Source: Clostridia bacterium (GTDB lineage: Bacteria > Bacillota > Clostridia > Christensenellales > Aristaeellaceae). From it: 64,000 nucleotides of DNA. The DNA is taken from assembly GCA_017434775.1 (NCBI GenBank), contig JAFSGG010000042.1:60837-124836 (forward strand), given 5' to 3'. The notes under the pieces are model-generated. The model was given only the letters and a program-made list of their open reading frames with translations. It made no database searches and was not told the DNA's origin. A program made the translations under genes and the position numbers. Positions 10,432-20,023 of the stretch are shown in pieces; within the stretch, counting starts at the first letter, position 1; each line of letters opens with the position of its first letter.

Positions 10432-11065
10432 GATTGCCCCGTCCATGCTGGCAGCTGATATGCTGCATTTGGAAGACGATTTGCTGGATTTACGAAAAAA
10501 CCAGATCAAAACGCTGCATTTTGACGTGATGGATGCTCATTTTGTGCCCAATCTCTCCTTTGGGCCTGCATTGTGCAAAGCAGTGCACGGCGCTTTTCCG
10601 GAATATTTTCTGGATGTGCATCTGATGATGGATAACCCGGAAAAGCTGCTGGATAGTTTCATTCACGCCGGTGCTTCGTCTATAACCGTGCATGCAGAAG
10701 TATTGGACGATGCCAAACCTATTCTTAGTCGGATAAGGGCAGCCGGTGTTCAGTGTGGTATTTCTGTGAAGCCCGGTACGGACGTCACCTCCATTTGTGA
10801 ACTGCTTCCCATGCTGGACAGAGTGCTGATTATGACGGTTGAACCCGGCTTTGGCGGGCAGAAATTCATGGAAAGCCAGTTGGAAAAGATCGTTTGGCTG
10901 CGCAAGAGGGGCTATACCGGCAAAATTGCTGTGGATGGCGGTGTGAACATGGAGAATATGGAACGAATCTGCTCTGTCGGTGCTGACGTGCTGGTAATGG
11001 GGACGGCTTTTTTCAAAGCGGATGACCGCAGTGCGGTTGTGCAGAAAGTAAAGGATATGGCATGA
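10424..11065 (+). CDS. rpe: Ribulose-phosphate 3-epimerase
   Basis: IAPSMLAADM, HFDVMDAHFVPN, MTVEPGFGGQKF and DGGV motifs. Confidence 0.95.
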   Translation: MIEIAPSMLAADMLHLEDDLLDLRKNQIKTLHFDVMDAHFVPNLSFGPALCKAVHGAFPEYFLDVHLMMDNPEKLLDSFIHAGASSITVHAEVLDDAKPILSRIRAAGVQCGISVKPGTDVTSICELLPMLDRVLIMTVEPGFGGQKFMESQLEKIVWLRKRGYTGKIAVDGGVNMENMERICSVGADVLVMGTAFFKADDRSAVVQKVKDMA

Positions 11066-11880
11066 AACAAGGATATCACAAAAAAAACAATCAATTCCAT
11101 CATAAGCATAGCTTGGGGCAAAACTTCATTACGGATGATGCGTTATTTGCACAGCTGGTTGAATTATCGGGGGTGGGCCCGGAAGATACGGTTCTGGAGA
11201 TTGGCCCCGGTGCAGGTGGTATGACCAAAGTGTTGTCCAAGAAATGCAAAAAAGTCATTTCGATTGAGATTGACAGCACATTAATTCCCATTCTGAAAGT
11301 CACGTTGCATCATTGCAATAATGTGGAACTGATTCATGGTGATATAATGCAGGTGAACCTGCAAGAAATAATGGGAGACAAAGGTGCTTTCCATGTGGTG
11401 GCCAATATTCCGTATTATTTGACCACGGATCTGATGCAGATGCTGTTGTCCAGCAAATTATCCATTGAAAGCATCAGTGTGATGGTTCAGGCAGAAGCTG
11501 CACAGCGCATGGTGGCGCAGCCGGGGGAAGAAGGCTGGGGAATGCTGGCTGTAAAAACACAATATTATTATGATGCACAGATTGTGCTGGATGTGCCTGC
11601 CTGCATGTTTACGCCACCGCCGAAGGTGGACAGCGCATTCGTCACCATGCGAAGGCTTTCAGAACCATCTGTACAGGTGGAAAACGAGGAAATGTTTTTC
11701 AAGGTGGCAAAGGCGGCCTTTGCCATGCGTCGAAAGACCATGGCCAATAATCTGATTGCTTCTTTCAGAATCAGCCGGGAGGAAGCAGAAAACTGGCTTT
11801 CTGCCTGCGGCCTTGAAAGAACAGTGCGCGGCGAAACCATGAGCCTGCAGGATTTTGCTAATCTTGCCAATGATCGATGA
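11062..11880 (+). CDS. rsmA: 16S rRNA (adenine1518/1519-N6)-dimethyltransferase RsmA/KsgA
   Basis: HSLGQNFI, EIGPGAGGMT and ANIPYY motifs; ATGA overlap with rpe. Confidence 0.9.
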   Translation: MKQGYHKKNNQFHHKHSLGQNFITDDALFAQLVELSGVGPEDTVLEIGPGAGGMTKVLSKKCKKVISIEIDSTLIPILKVTLHHCNNVELIHGDIMQVNLQEIMGDKGAFHVVANIPYYLTTDLMQMLLSSKLSIESISVMVQAEAAQRMVAQPGEEGWGMLAVKTQYYYDAQIVLDVPACMFTPPPKVDSAFVTMRRLSEPSVQVENEEMFFKVAKAAFAMRRKTMANNLIASFRISREEAENWLSACGLERTVRGETMSLQDFANLANDR

Positions 11881-11884
11881 AAAA

Positions 11885-11914
11885 ACACCCTGTTTAAAAA
11901 AACAGGGTGTTTTC
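11885..11914. terminator. Bidirectional rho-independent terminator between rsmA and the convergent HAD gene
   Basis: Perfect 10-bp stem ACACCCTGTT / AACAGGGTGT with a 6-nt loop, flanked by an A-run upstream and a T-run downstream. Confidence 0.75.
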
Positions 11915-11992
11915 ATATCTTTCAGCTGTTTCCATCGCTTGTCAGCGAAGTGGATATTGTATAGATATTACATTAACAGACCGTATTCTCTT

Positions 11993-12754
11993 TTATTCAA
12001 GAAACGTTTTGATTGTTTCAATTACGTTTTTGCAGGGGGTGAATGAATGAAATTTCAGTTCATTTGGAGCCGTTTCCATCAGATAAGGGTGGCCCACTGC
12101 ATTCAACATCGCCAAATCATTAAACTGATCGCCGAAAGCAGCTATATCCGATGCCGGGATATTCAATTGCTCAGAAAGGATGCGGATGCCGTCTGCTTTA
12201 TTGGTGCAAGTGAAATCAAGCCAGTTTTTACCGGCGATATCGGCATGCAGGAAGGGTGACCACTTCGGAATGAGTGATTTTGCAAGGTTTTCAATGCCAT
12301 TTGGATGAAAACCGGAGATTTTGTTATATCGTTCGATATATAGACTATAGTCTGTAATGATGGTGCACGTATTCCGCAGCCGATAAAACATATCGTCCGT
12401 GAAACTACGGTCTGCGGAATCAAGCAACATACTGGATTCTGGTGTGCTTAAGAGCAATTGCATACCGGAGTCTATAATATCGTGAATGATACCTTCAGAA
12501 ATAGAAGACGGTATGTAATTAACGGTTTGGCCATTATGAGTTGCTACACAACTGCCATTTTCCGCAATAAAGCACATTTCTTCGGCTACAGGAGCAAACA
12601 AACGCCTCAAATTCGCGTATTGTCGCCCGCTTGCAGCACAAAAGAGAATATTTTTCTCTTTCAATTGTCGGATGACGGAGAATGTTTCCGGAGGCAGTGT
12701 TCCGTCTTTTTGAAGAAGTGTACCGTCCAGGTCACTTGCAATTAATCGAATCAT
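11993..12754 (-). CDS. Cof-type HAD-IIB family hydrolase
   Basis: DLDGTLL motif I at the N-terminus, SGR motif II and GDQFNDLAML motif IV. Confidence 0.8.
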   Translation of the reverse strand: MIRLIASDLDGTLLQKDGTLPPETFSVIRQLKEKNILFCAASGRQYANLRRLFAPVAEEMCFIAENGSCVATHNGQTVNYIPSSISEGIIHDIIDSGMQLLLSTPESSMLLDSADRSFTDDMFYRLRNTCTIITDYSLYIERYNKISGFHPNGIENLAKSLIPKWSPFLHADIAGKNWLDFTCTNKADGIRILSEQLNIPASDIAAFGDQFNDLAMLNAVGHPYLMETAPNELKFHSFTPCKNVIETIKTFLE

Positions 12755-12832
12755 GATATTTCACCTATACTTCAAAACTACCTTTCATAATTGGACAAAG
12801 ATAAATTGAACAAGCAAATGCGGTTGTTTTCA

Positions 12833-13681
12833 TCAGAGGGAAATTTCGGTTTGATGATTGGAATGGTTTATTTTCTGATTATGTTTGCGTGTGATGTAAT
12901 AGTAAACGCCATAGAACAGGGCAATATACAATACAAATGCAAGAACAACGGAAATGGAATAAGCAATTGTGCCGGCGCCGAAGATTCCTTCCAGAATGAA
13001 ATAGGGCGTGTCGTCACTGCGGATGAGGAACATATAATTGCGCACCGTGCCATCACTTGTGGGAAGGGTAAAATTCACAATATATGAAACAATACAGAAA
13101 GCGATCAGGATACCAAATACCCAGGGAATATTTTTCTTTTTCATGCTGTGCAGGTTGGCGATGGGAATATACAGCCCGGCAAAGCCGGCACCGGCATGAG
13201 TAATGCCTGATACTACATTTTTTATCGAAAGAACGGGGTAGGCGTTATAGTTCTGGAAAGCACCGATCGTGCCTGCTACGGCACCGAGCAAACCAAACAC
13301 AAACACAAAATCCAATGCAATTTGCTTTACACGACCTTTTGCAAAAGCTGCAACGGGGATTGTAATGAATTGAATGCTGCAAAGATAAAGCGGAAGATCG
13401 CCGAGCCAGCCAAGCGGTTCGTTGGCGAAGATGCAGCGGAGGGTAATCCTGATCAATTCACAACCGTCAATCAGAAATGCTGTTACAATCAACGGTTTGG
13501 ATTTTGTTTTGATATCTTTGTTCCGATTGCGTTTGCCAAGATAAATGGCCAGAAAGATCATCAAACCTAATGTAAAGCATACAAACAACAGGTGCTGCCA
13601 GGAGAGCGCGCCTTCTGCCGGACGTTTGTAGCCGCCGTAATAGCCAAAGAAATCTTTGATTGCTTCCAATATTGCATTCAT
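12833..13681 (-). CDS. Polytopic integral membrane protein (YwaF/TIGR02206-like, tentative)
   Basis: About seven hydrophobic segments across 282 aa. The family assignment is from recollection of overall composition only. Confidence 0.55.
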   Translation of the reverse strand: MNAILEAIKDFFGYYGGYKRPAEGALSWQHLLFVCFTLGLMIFLAIYLGKRNRNKDIKTKSKPLIVTAFLIDGCELIRITLRCIFANEPLGWLGDLPLYLCSIQFITIPVAAFAKGRVKQIALDFVFVFGLLGAVAGTIGAFQNYNAYPVLSIKNVVSGITHAGAGFAGLYIPIANLHSMKKKNIPWVFGILIAFCIVSYIVNFTLPTSDGTVRNYMFLIRSDDTPYFILEGIFGAGTIAYSISVVLAFVLYIALFYGVYYYITRKHNQKINHSNHQTEISL

Positions 13682-13779
13682 GGTTCATTAGCTCCCATTC
13701 TCTTTGGTAAATTATCGTTGTTTACACATTATAGCATACATTATGCTTTAATGATATAGTAATGAAAGAGAAAATATAG

Positions 13780-13817
13780 AAGAAAAGAGCAGTCATTCCC
13801 GCTGAATCACTGCTCTT
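13780..13817 (-). terminator. Terminator downstream of tRNA-Leu
   Basis: Perfect 10-bp stem AAAGAGCAGT / ACTGCTCTTT (13784-13793 / 13809-13818), followed on the minus strand by TTTTCTTCT. Confidence 0.7.
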
Positions 13818-13903
13818 TGGTGCGAGTGGCGGGGATCGAACCCGCACGCCCATCGGGCACAAGATTTTAAGTCTCGGTTGTCTGCCAATTCCAACACACT
13901 CGC
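13818..13903 (-). tRNA. tRNA-Leu (anticodon UAA), class II with long variable arm, CCA encoded
   Basis: The reverse complement reads GCGAGTG...CGAGA-CTTAAAA-TCTTG...GGTTCGATCCCC...CACTCGCACCA. It has a 7-bp acceptor stem, a CUUAAAA anticodon loop and a T-loop GGTTCGATCC. Confidence 0.9.
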
Positions 13904-13913
13904 ATCGGCCCAT

Positions 13914-13943
13914 ATTATAGCGCAGATATTCGTGTCAAGTCAA
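13914..13943 (-). promoter_or_regulatory. Sigma-A type promoter for tRNA-Leu
   Basis: The minus strand reads TTGACT-N18-TATAAT, ending about 10 nt before the mature 5' end. Confidence 0.55.
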
Positions 13944-13998
13944 GAGCAGCAATGAAAATTATGATGGATTCGGGCAGATGAAAAATAATCATGGGTAC

Positions 13999-14030
13999 AA
14001 AAAACGCCCGGTGGTTTTACGTCCGGGCGC
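13999..14030 (-). terminator. Terminator after the NlpC/P60 gene
   Basis: Stem CGCCCGG / CCGGGCG (14005-14011 / 14023-14029), followed on the minus strand by a T-run. Confidence 0.65.
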
Positions 14031-14047
14031 TTTGATGAGGCGGTGTT

Positions 14048-14926
14048 TTAATTCATTCTGAACCAGCAGAAGGAAGTGCAGCTGGGCAGATCCCAGATGG
14101 TGAGGGGATAAGTGCCGTTATCGATCAGGAAGTAGCTGTAATCGGTGATCTGCACATGCTCCTGAATCGGGGCATCCTTCATGGGAATGCCAAGGATGGA
14201 CACTTCCACGCCGCCATTGGTGGTTTTCACATTGTTGTAATAGGGGTCTTCCTGATTATCCAGATATTCCTGAAAACGGGCACCGTATACAGGACTGGGG
14301 CCGCAGTGAATGACCAGGGGATAATCCAGATAATCAGCCAATTCAGGCACTTCTTCAGCCGTAAAGCCGTAATCAGCCAGGGTGCCAATATACATCATGA
14401 TATGCCGTGCACCGTCTTTGGCTACCAGCAGATCGCCAACCTGGAGGGTATCCTTCAGCTGGTCATAAGGCGGCATTTCAAAGCCGGCGCGGTGATTGTA
14501 CAGATGATTGCCGTTGCGCTGATATTCCCATTTGAGAATCATATTGCTCAGGGAATCATGGGCAGGCATGCCGGCCTGGGCATACACCCACTGCGTAAAG
14601 CCGCTGCAATCAAAACCATCGATGTAGAAAGAATCCTTGCGATAGAATTTTGTGGTTTCCCAGCATTTATATTTGGAATGCTCCGGGGCACGGGATGTCA
14701 TGCGTTCCATATAGCGGCCGCCGAAATAATAGGGGATACCCAGATCGAAAATGGATGTTACTTCTGCACCGGTAATTTCGTTATAGCGCCGCTGGAAAAT
14801 ATTATCCTTTTCCAGACACTGGAATGCTGCATCCAGGAAAGGAGAGCGTTCCACTTCTGCCACCGCAGGCAATGCCGTCATCAGGACAGTAAGGACCAGT
14901 ACAACCAGCATTGATTTTTTTAACAT
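14048..14926 (-). CDS. Secreted NlpC/P60-family cell-wall peptidase
   Basis: N-terminal signal peptide (LVVLVLTVLMTALPAVAE), the catalytic Cys motif GFDCSGFTQWVY and a downstream His (ARHIMMYIG). Confidence 0.8.
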   Translation of the reverse strand: MLKKSMLVVLVLTVLMTALPAVAEVERSPFLDAAFQCLEKDNIFQRRYNEITGAEVTSIFDLGIPYYFGGRYMERMTSRAPEHSKYKCWETTKFYRKDSFYIDGFDCSGFTQWVYAQAGMPAHDSLSNMILKWEYQRNGNHLYNHRAGFEMPPYDQLKDTLQVGDLLVAKDGARHIMMYIGTLADYGFTAEEVPELADYLDYPLVIHCGPSPVYGARFQEYLDNQEDPYYNNVKTTNGGVEVSILGIPMKDAPIQEHVQITDYSYFLIDNGTYPLTIWDLPSCTSFCWFRMN

Positions 14927-15171
14927 AATTCTTTTCCTCCGTTATTGTTTATCATTTGTTCCAGCATCAAAAAGAACTGGCTGAGAGGCATTTGCAGCGC
15001 ATCCGCAATACACCAGAGTGTATTTACATTGGCATTTTTCTTGCCATTTTCAATCATGGCCAGATGGCTTCTGGAAATTCCGGCCAATCCACTCAGCACT
15101 TCCTGAGACAAGCCGCGCTCTTTGCGCAATTTGGAAATGAGCCGGCCTGTGATAACATAATCGTATTGCAT
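14920..15171 (-). CDS. XRE-family helix-turn-helix transcriptional regulator
   Basis: HTH_3 signature (LRKERGLSQEVLSGLAGISRSHLAMIENGKKNANVNTL). ATG 15171 is preceded by GGAGGG. The stop overlaps the NlpC/P60 start by 7 nt. Confidence 0.8.
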   Translation of the reverse strand: MQYDYVITGRLISKLRKERGLSQEVLSGLAGISRSHLAMIENGKKNANVNTLWCIADALQMPLSQFFLMLEQMINNNGGKELC

Positions 15172-15320
15172 TTCCTTTCCCTCCAATTTCATTTTATAAG
15201 ATGGGCTGGATATGAGTGTCTACTAAAGGAAACATTATGATGCTTAACGTAGACATTTTGTCAAAAGACGTTTTCAAGAATGTAAAAAAATGAAATTTGA
15301 AAAAATAAGGCGAAAGATAT

Positions 15321-15349
15321 TTGACTGAATATGAATTACATGGTATAAT
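15321..15349 (+). promoter_or_regulatory. Sigma-A type promoter for yebC
   Basis: TTGACT-N17-TATAAT with TG at the extended -10 position, about 45 nt upstream of the ATG. Confidence 0.6.
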
Positions 15350-15392
15350 AAGCCGTTAAATTTGTTACTAACCTTACAGGAGGGGTTTCACA

Positions 15393-16139
15393 ATGTCCGG
15401 TCATTCCAAATGGCATAATATTCAGGCGAAAAAGGGCAAGACGGATGCTGCCCGCGGCAAGATTTTTACTAAAATCGGCCGTGAAATTGCGATTGCTGTC
15501 CGCGAAGGCGGTTCCAATCCCGATACCAATAACAAACTGAAGGATATCATTGCTAAGGCCAAGGCCAACAACATGCCCAACGACAATATCCAGCGCAGCA
15601 TCAAGAAGGCTGCCGGTGAAGGCACGGGCGCTAATTATGAAGAAATGATGTATGAAGGCTATGCCCCCGGCGGCGTGGCCATCATCTGCCAGATTGTTAC
15701 CGATAACCGCAACCGTACCTCCAGCGACGTCCGTCATATTTTCGATAAGAACGGCGGTTCTCTTGGCACTCCCGGTTCTGTGAACTATATGTTCGATAAC
15801 AAGGGCGTTATCGTCATTGAAAAAGAACCTGGCATGGACGAAGACGAAGTGATGATGCAGGCTCTGGAAGCTGGTGCAGAAGACGTGAAGGTGACGGAAG
15901 ATGTATTTGAAGTCTATACCGCACCCAACGATTTCTCTGCTGTCCGCGAAAATCTGGAATCTGCCGGTTTTGCGTTCCTGTCCGCCGAAAAGCAGATGAT
16001 TCCCCAGAACACGGTGGCCATTTCCGATCCCGATACGCTGGTAAAGGTCCAGAAGCTGCTGGATATGCTGGATGATAACGACGACGTGAGCGAAGTGTAC
16101 CACAACGCTGAACTGCCCGAAGACGAAGACGAAGACTGA
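15393..16139 (+). CDS. yebC: YebC/PmpR-family DNA-binding transcriptional regulator
   Basis: MSGHSKWHNIQAKKGKTDAARGKIFTK is the hallmark N-terminus; acidic C-terminal tail. Confidence 0.9.
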   Translation: MSGHSKWHNIQAKKGKTDAARGKIFTKIGREIAIAVREGGSNPDTNNKLKDIIAKAKANNMPNDNIQRSIKKAAGEGTGANYEEMMYEGYAPGGVAIICQIVTDNRNRTSSDVRHIFDKNGGSLGTPGSVNYMFDNKGVIVIEKEPGMDEDEVMMQALEAGAEDVKVTEDVFEVYTAPNDFSAVRENLESAGFAFLSAEKQMIPQNTVAISDPDTLVKVQKLLDMLDDNDDVSEVYHNAELPEDEDED

Positions 16140-16173
16140 GCGAAGCTCAACTGATGTCAGAAAGAGGCTGAAA

Positions 16174-17040
16174 ATGCGCATTTCTCTAAAACGCACATGC
16201 TGTATGCTGCTTAGCATTGTGTTGTGGGGAAATGCGCTTTTTGCATGCGCAGATCAGTATCTGGACTCTGAGCGCTATTTCGCTGGCAAGGAATCAGTAT
16301 CCGGCTATATCCAGGTGCCTGGCGTCGATGAACCGATGCGTTACTATGCTCAGAACGATACACTGTGGGGCGAGTTGATTTACGAAAAAAAGGGCGTTGA
16401 AAAAGCTCGCCCTTTTCACGATTCCGGCTGCGGCCCGTCTGCATTGGCCATTGCGATCAAAAAACTTGTAAGTAATGATGATCTTCCGTTGATCAGTAAC
16501 TATGCGTCTTCGCCGTATTCCCTTTGTGAATGTGCCATCAATAAAGGATTGTGCTCTCGGCATAAAGGACGGTATGTTATTACCTCCCAGCGCGATTATG
16601 AAAGATTTTTACCTTTGATTATGGCTGATTTTGCCTGCGGCAACAATACCTTTGGCGTATACAGCCGCTCTGCTGCTCAGGGAACTTCCGTGGGGTATAT
16701 ACCAAAGGTATGCCTGGTGTACGGGCTGGAATATTCCATCACGCAGAGTTTTGATGAAGCGATGGCTGCCTTGGGAAACAAAAATCAGGCTGTGATTGCA
16801 CTGGCTGGAAGCGGTGGATGTTTTACCAATACCGGTCACTATGTTTTTATGGCACATGCAGATGAAGAAAAATTGTACATACTGGATCCACTTTGCAGAA
16901 CCGTCTATAAGACCAATAACGCAGAAAAACTGACCATCATCCAGCCGGGGCTGGTAACACTGGACTATAAAGACGTCTGGTCTGCAAGATTTTCAAATTA
17001 TATTATCATTACAGACTATTCTGCCAAGAAAGCTGAATAA
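16174..17040 (+). CDS. Secreted C39-like (papain-fold) peptidase-domain protein
   Basis: Signal peptide, a catalytic-type Cys in HDSGCGPSALAIAI and His in TGHYVFMAH. This resembles Peptidase_C39_2. Confidence 0.6.
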   Translation: MRISLKRTCCMLLSIVLWGNALFACADQYLDSERYFAGKESVSGYIQVPGVDEPMRYYAQNDTLWGELIYEKKGVEKARPFHDSGCGPSALAIAIKKLVSNDDLPLISNYASSPYSLCECAINKGLCSRHKGRYVITSQRDYERFLPLIMADFACGNNTFGVYSRSAAQGTSVGYIPKVCLVYGLEYSITQSFDEAMAALGNKNQAVIALAGSGGCFTNTGHYVFMAHADEEKLYILDPLCRTVYKTNNAEKLTIIQPGLVTLDYKDVWSARFSNYIIITDYSAKKAE

Positions 17041-17056
17041 ATTATGATGCAAAAAT

Positions 17057-17090
17057 ACTCCGTTGCAACGAGCGACGGAGTTATTTATTT
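17057..17090 (+). terminator. Rho-independent terminator after the C39-like gene
   Basis: Stem ACTCCGT / ACGGAGT followed by TATTTATTT. Confidence 0.55.
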
Positions 17091-17157
17091 CCTTCTGAAT
17101 TAGAGGAATTTGAGCGTACATGGAGTATATAAACAATAAGTAAAGGAGGGCTTCCTG

Positions 17158-18159
17158 ATGACCATACGGGAACAACTGGAGCAGAGAGAAAGAAGCTACC
17201 TTTCCCCGTTTGCTGTATGCAGCGCCGATACGAAGGGAAGGGCATATCCGATATCTCCGGATAATATGCGCACGGAATTTCAGCGGGACAGAGACCGTAT
17301 TCTTCATTGCAAAAGCTTCCGGCGGCTGAAGTTTAAAACGCAGGTATTTATTTCTCCGGAGGGGGACCATTTTCGTACTCGCTTGACCCACACACTGGAA
17401 GTGGCGCAGGTGGCCCGAACTATTTCCCGTTCCCTGAACCTGAACGAGGATCTGACGGAAGCCATTGCCCTGGGCCATGATCTGGGGCATACACCTTTCG
17501 GTCATTGCGGCGAAAGAATGCTGGACAAGCTTTCAGCCGATGGGTTTGCCCATAATGAGCAAAGCTTGCGAATGGTGGAAGTGCTGGAAGGCGGCGAAGG
17601 GTTGAACCTCACCTGGGAAGTGCGGGATGGTATTCTGCACCATTCCGGAAAAGTGCAGCCTTCCACACTGGAAGGCAAATGTGTTGCTCGTGCGGACCGA
17701 ATTGCCTACATCAATCACGATATTGATGATGCCATCCGGGCGGGTGTGTTGAAAGAATTTGAATTGCCCAGTGAAATTTTCCGCATTCTTGGTGAAACCC
17801 ACGGCCAGCGCATCAATACCCTGATTTGCGATATTGTGAATGAAAGCCAGGGAAAGAATGATATCTGTATGAGTGAAACGGTACAGACGGCATTTGACAG
17901 TCTGCGCGCTTTCATGTTTGAAAAAGTGTATTTTGACAGCTGGCGAAAAAAAGAAGAGGAAAAATGCGATTATGTCATGGGCATGCTCTTTGAGTATTTC
18001 ATGAATCACCCCGGCGAAATGCCGCTGGAATATGTGCAGATTGCCTATCGGGACGGAACGGAAAGGGCAGTGATTGATTATCTGGCCTGTATGACGGATC
18101 GCTACGCTCTGCGTACATTCCAGCAGCTGTTTGCCCCTTCGGCATTTCCGGTGATTTGA
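17158..18159 (+). CDS. dgt: dGTP triphosphohydrolase-like HD-domain protein
   Basis: FQRDRDRILHC, TRLTHTLEVAQV and GHDLGHTPFGH motifs; located upstream of dnaG-rpoD. Confidence 0.85.
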   Translation: MTIREQLEQRERSYLSPFAVCSADTKGRAYPISPDNMRTEFQRDRDRILHCKSFRRLKFKTQVFISPEGDHFRTRLTHTLEVAQVARTISRSLNLNEDLTEAIALGHDLGHTPFGHCGERMLDKLSADGFAHNEQSLRMVEVLEGGEGLNLTWEVRDGILHHSGKVQPSTLEGKCVARADRIAYINHDIDDAIRAGVLKEFELPSEIFRILGETHGQRINTLICDIVNESQGKNDICMSETVQTAFDSLRAFMFEKVYFDSWRKKEEEKCDYVMGMLFEYFMNHPGEMPLEYVQIAYRDGTERAVIDYLACMTDRYALRTFQQLFAPSAFPVI

Positions 18160-18246
18160 TTTTCGACAAAAATTCTGCTTTTTTGCAGGAAAAACGCCTT
18201 TTACAGCGAACATTAGCAAGGATCATTTTTCACAGGAGGGAAGGAA

Positions 18247-20001
18247 ATGGCGGGACGTTTTCCCACGGCTTGGCTGGATGAACTGTATGCCCGGGCAGAT
18301 ATCGTCTCCGTGGTTTCTGGTTATCTCTCCCTGAAAAAGGATGGGCGCAGGTACTGGGGGCTTTGCCCTTTTCATAACGAAAAGACGCCGTCCTTTTCCG
18401 TTAATGCAGATCTGAACCTCTACTATTGCTTCGGCTGCAAAGCCGGCGGCAACGTGGTGCAGTTCATTATGGAAATGGAAAGGGTTACATTTCAGGAAGC
18501 AGTAAAAATTCTGGCAGAAAAGACCCACATGACGGTTCCTGAAATGCAGGAAGATCCCGATTACGAACGCAGACGCAGCGAACGGGATCGTTTGCTTTCC
18601 GCCAATCGTGAGGCAGCCCGCTTTTTCCACGATACGATCTGGAAGCCTGAAGGGAAATTTGTTCTGGATTATCTCCACAGCCGCGGGCTGGATGACGGCA
18701 TTATCCGCCGGTTTGGTCTTGGCGCTGCTACGGAACAGTGGGATGATCTATTAAAATACCTGACGGATAAAGGATTCACTCAACGTGAAATCGTGTTGGC
18801 GGGCCTGGCTGTGGAAAAGGGCGATCATGCCTACGATATGTTCCGCACACGTGCCATGTTTCCCATTATTGATCAGCAGGGCAATGTGCTGGGTTTCGGC
18901 GGCCGCGCTATGGGTGATGCGAAACCCAAATATCTGAACACATCCGATACGCCGGTATTCAACAAGCGTAAAGGCGTGTATGCCATTAATCTGGTCAAAA
19001 AGTTGCGGGATCTGAAACGGATTTTGCTGGTGGAAGGCTATATGGACGTTGTGGCAGTCACCCAGGCCGGTATTCAGGGCGCCGTGGCTACGCTTGGAAC
19101 TTCGCTGACCAATGAGCAGGCCAGGCTGCTGAAACGGTATGTACCGGAAGTGTGGATTGCCTATGATGGCGATGAAGCGGGACAAATGGCTATTGAACGC
19201 GCCATCGGTATCTTTGAACAGGAAGATGTGCCGGTGAAGGTGCTCAGTTTCCCAGATAAGCTGGATCCGGATGAAATGATCCGCCAGCGGGGCGTGGAAG
19301 CTTTCCTGGCTGTAAAGCCCATCGGTGCTGTTACATATAAAATGAGCAGGCTACGCCGCCAATATGATCTGGAAACGCTGGACGGCCGTACGGAATATGC
19401 GAAAAAGTGTGCGCAAATTCTGAAAAGCGTTAAAGAACCGGTGGAAATGGATAATCATCTGGAGGCTTTGAGCGTACAGACAGGCTTTTCCAAAGAAGTG
19501 CTGATGGCGCAAATTGGCATATCTCCGGAAAGCATTGGGCAGCATAAACAGCCGGAAAAGCGGAAAGACTATTCAGGGAATCCCCGGCGTTTGCCGCAGA
19601 CCTATAAAACGGAACAGACGCTGCTGGCTCTGATGGGGCTTGGCACACTGCCGGAGGGCACGGTAAAGGAAGACGATTTTAATCTTCCCCAGTTTCGCTC
19701 CATTGCCGGGGCGCTGCTGAGGGGTGAAACCCCTGCCAAGATTATGGCAGAAGCTGAAAAAGAAGAAATCAGGCAGGCTGCTGGTGAGGTATTTACTATC
19801 CTGTCTGATGAGGAAAAGGCAAATCCGGCAAAAGTAGCGGCGGATTGCCTGAATAAATTACATATTCAGCGTATTGAAATGCAAATTGAAAAATTGAGAG
19901 AATTGACAAACGCTGAAGATGTAAACGTAAAAAAGAACGCTGTATTGGAAGTTGTCAGATTACAGAAAGAATTGGCTCGGTTAAAGAACCAGGGACGCTG
20001 A
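18247..20001 (+). CDS. dnaG: DNA primase
   Basis: Zn-ribbon CPFHNEKTPSFSV...YYCFGCKAGG and a TOPRIM domain (LVEGYMDV, DGDEAG). Confidence 0.95.
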   Translation: MAGRFPTAWLDELYARADIVSVVSGYLSLKKDGRRYWGLCPFHNEKTPSFSVNADLNLYYCFGCKAGGNVVQFIMEMERVTFQEAVKILAEKTHMTVPEMQEDPDYERRRSERDRLLSANREAARFFHDTIWKPEGKFVLDYLHSRGLDDGIIRRFGLGAATEQWDDLLKYLTDKGFTQREIVLAGLAVEKGDHAYDMFRTRAMFPIIDQQGNVLGFGGRAMGDAKPKYLNTSDTPVFNKRKGVYAINLVKKLRDLKRILLVEGYMDVVAVTQAGIQGAVATLGTSLTNEQARLLKRYVPEVWIAYDGDEAGQMAIERAIGIFEQEDVPVKVLSFPDKLDPDEMIRQRGVEAFLAVKPIGAVTYKMSRLRRQYDLETLDGRTEYAKKCAQILKSVKEPVEMDNHLEALSVQTGFSKEVLMAQIGISPESIGQHKQPEKRKDYSGNPRRLPQTYKTEQTLLALMGLGTLPEGTVKEDDFNLPQFRSIAGALLRGETPAKIMAEAEKEEIRQAAGEVFTILSDEEKANPAKVAADCLNKLHIQRIEMQIEKLRELTNAEDVNVKKNAVLEVVRLQKELARLKNQGR

Positions 20002-20023
20002 AGGCAAGGAAGGAGAATGAGCC

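Noticed and set aside
13722-13913. 63-aa ORF on the minus strand.
   Set aside because: It is fully explained by tRNA-Leu(UAA) and its terminator.
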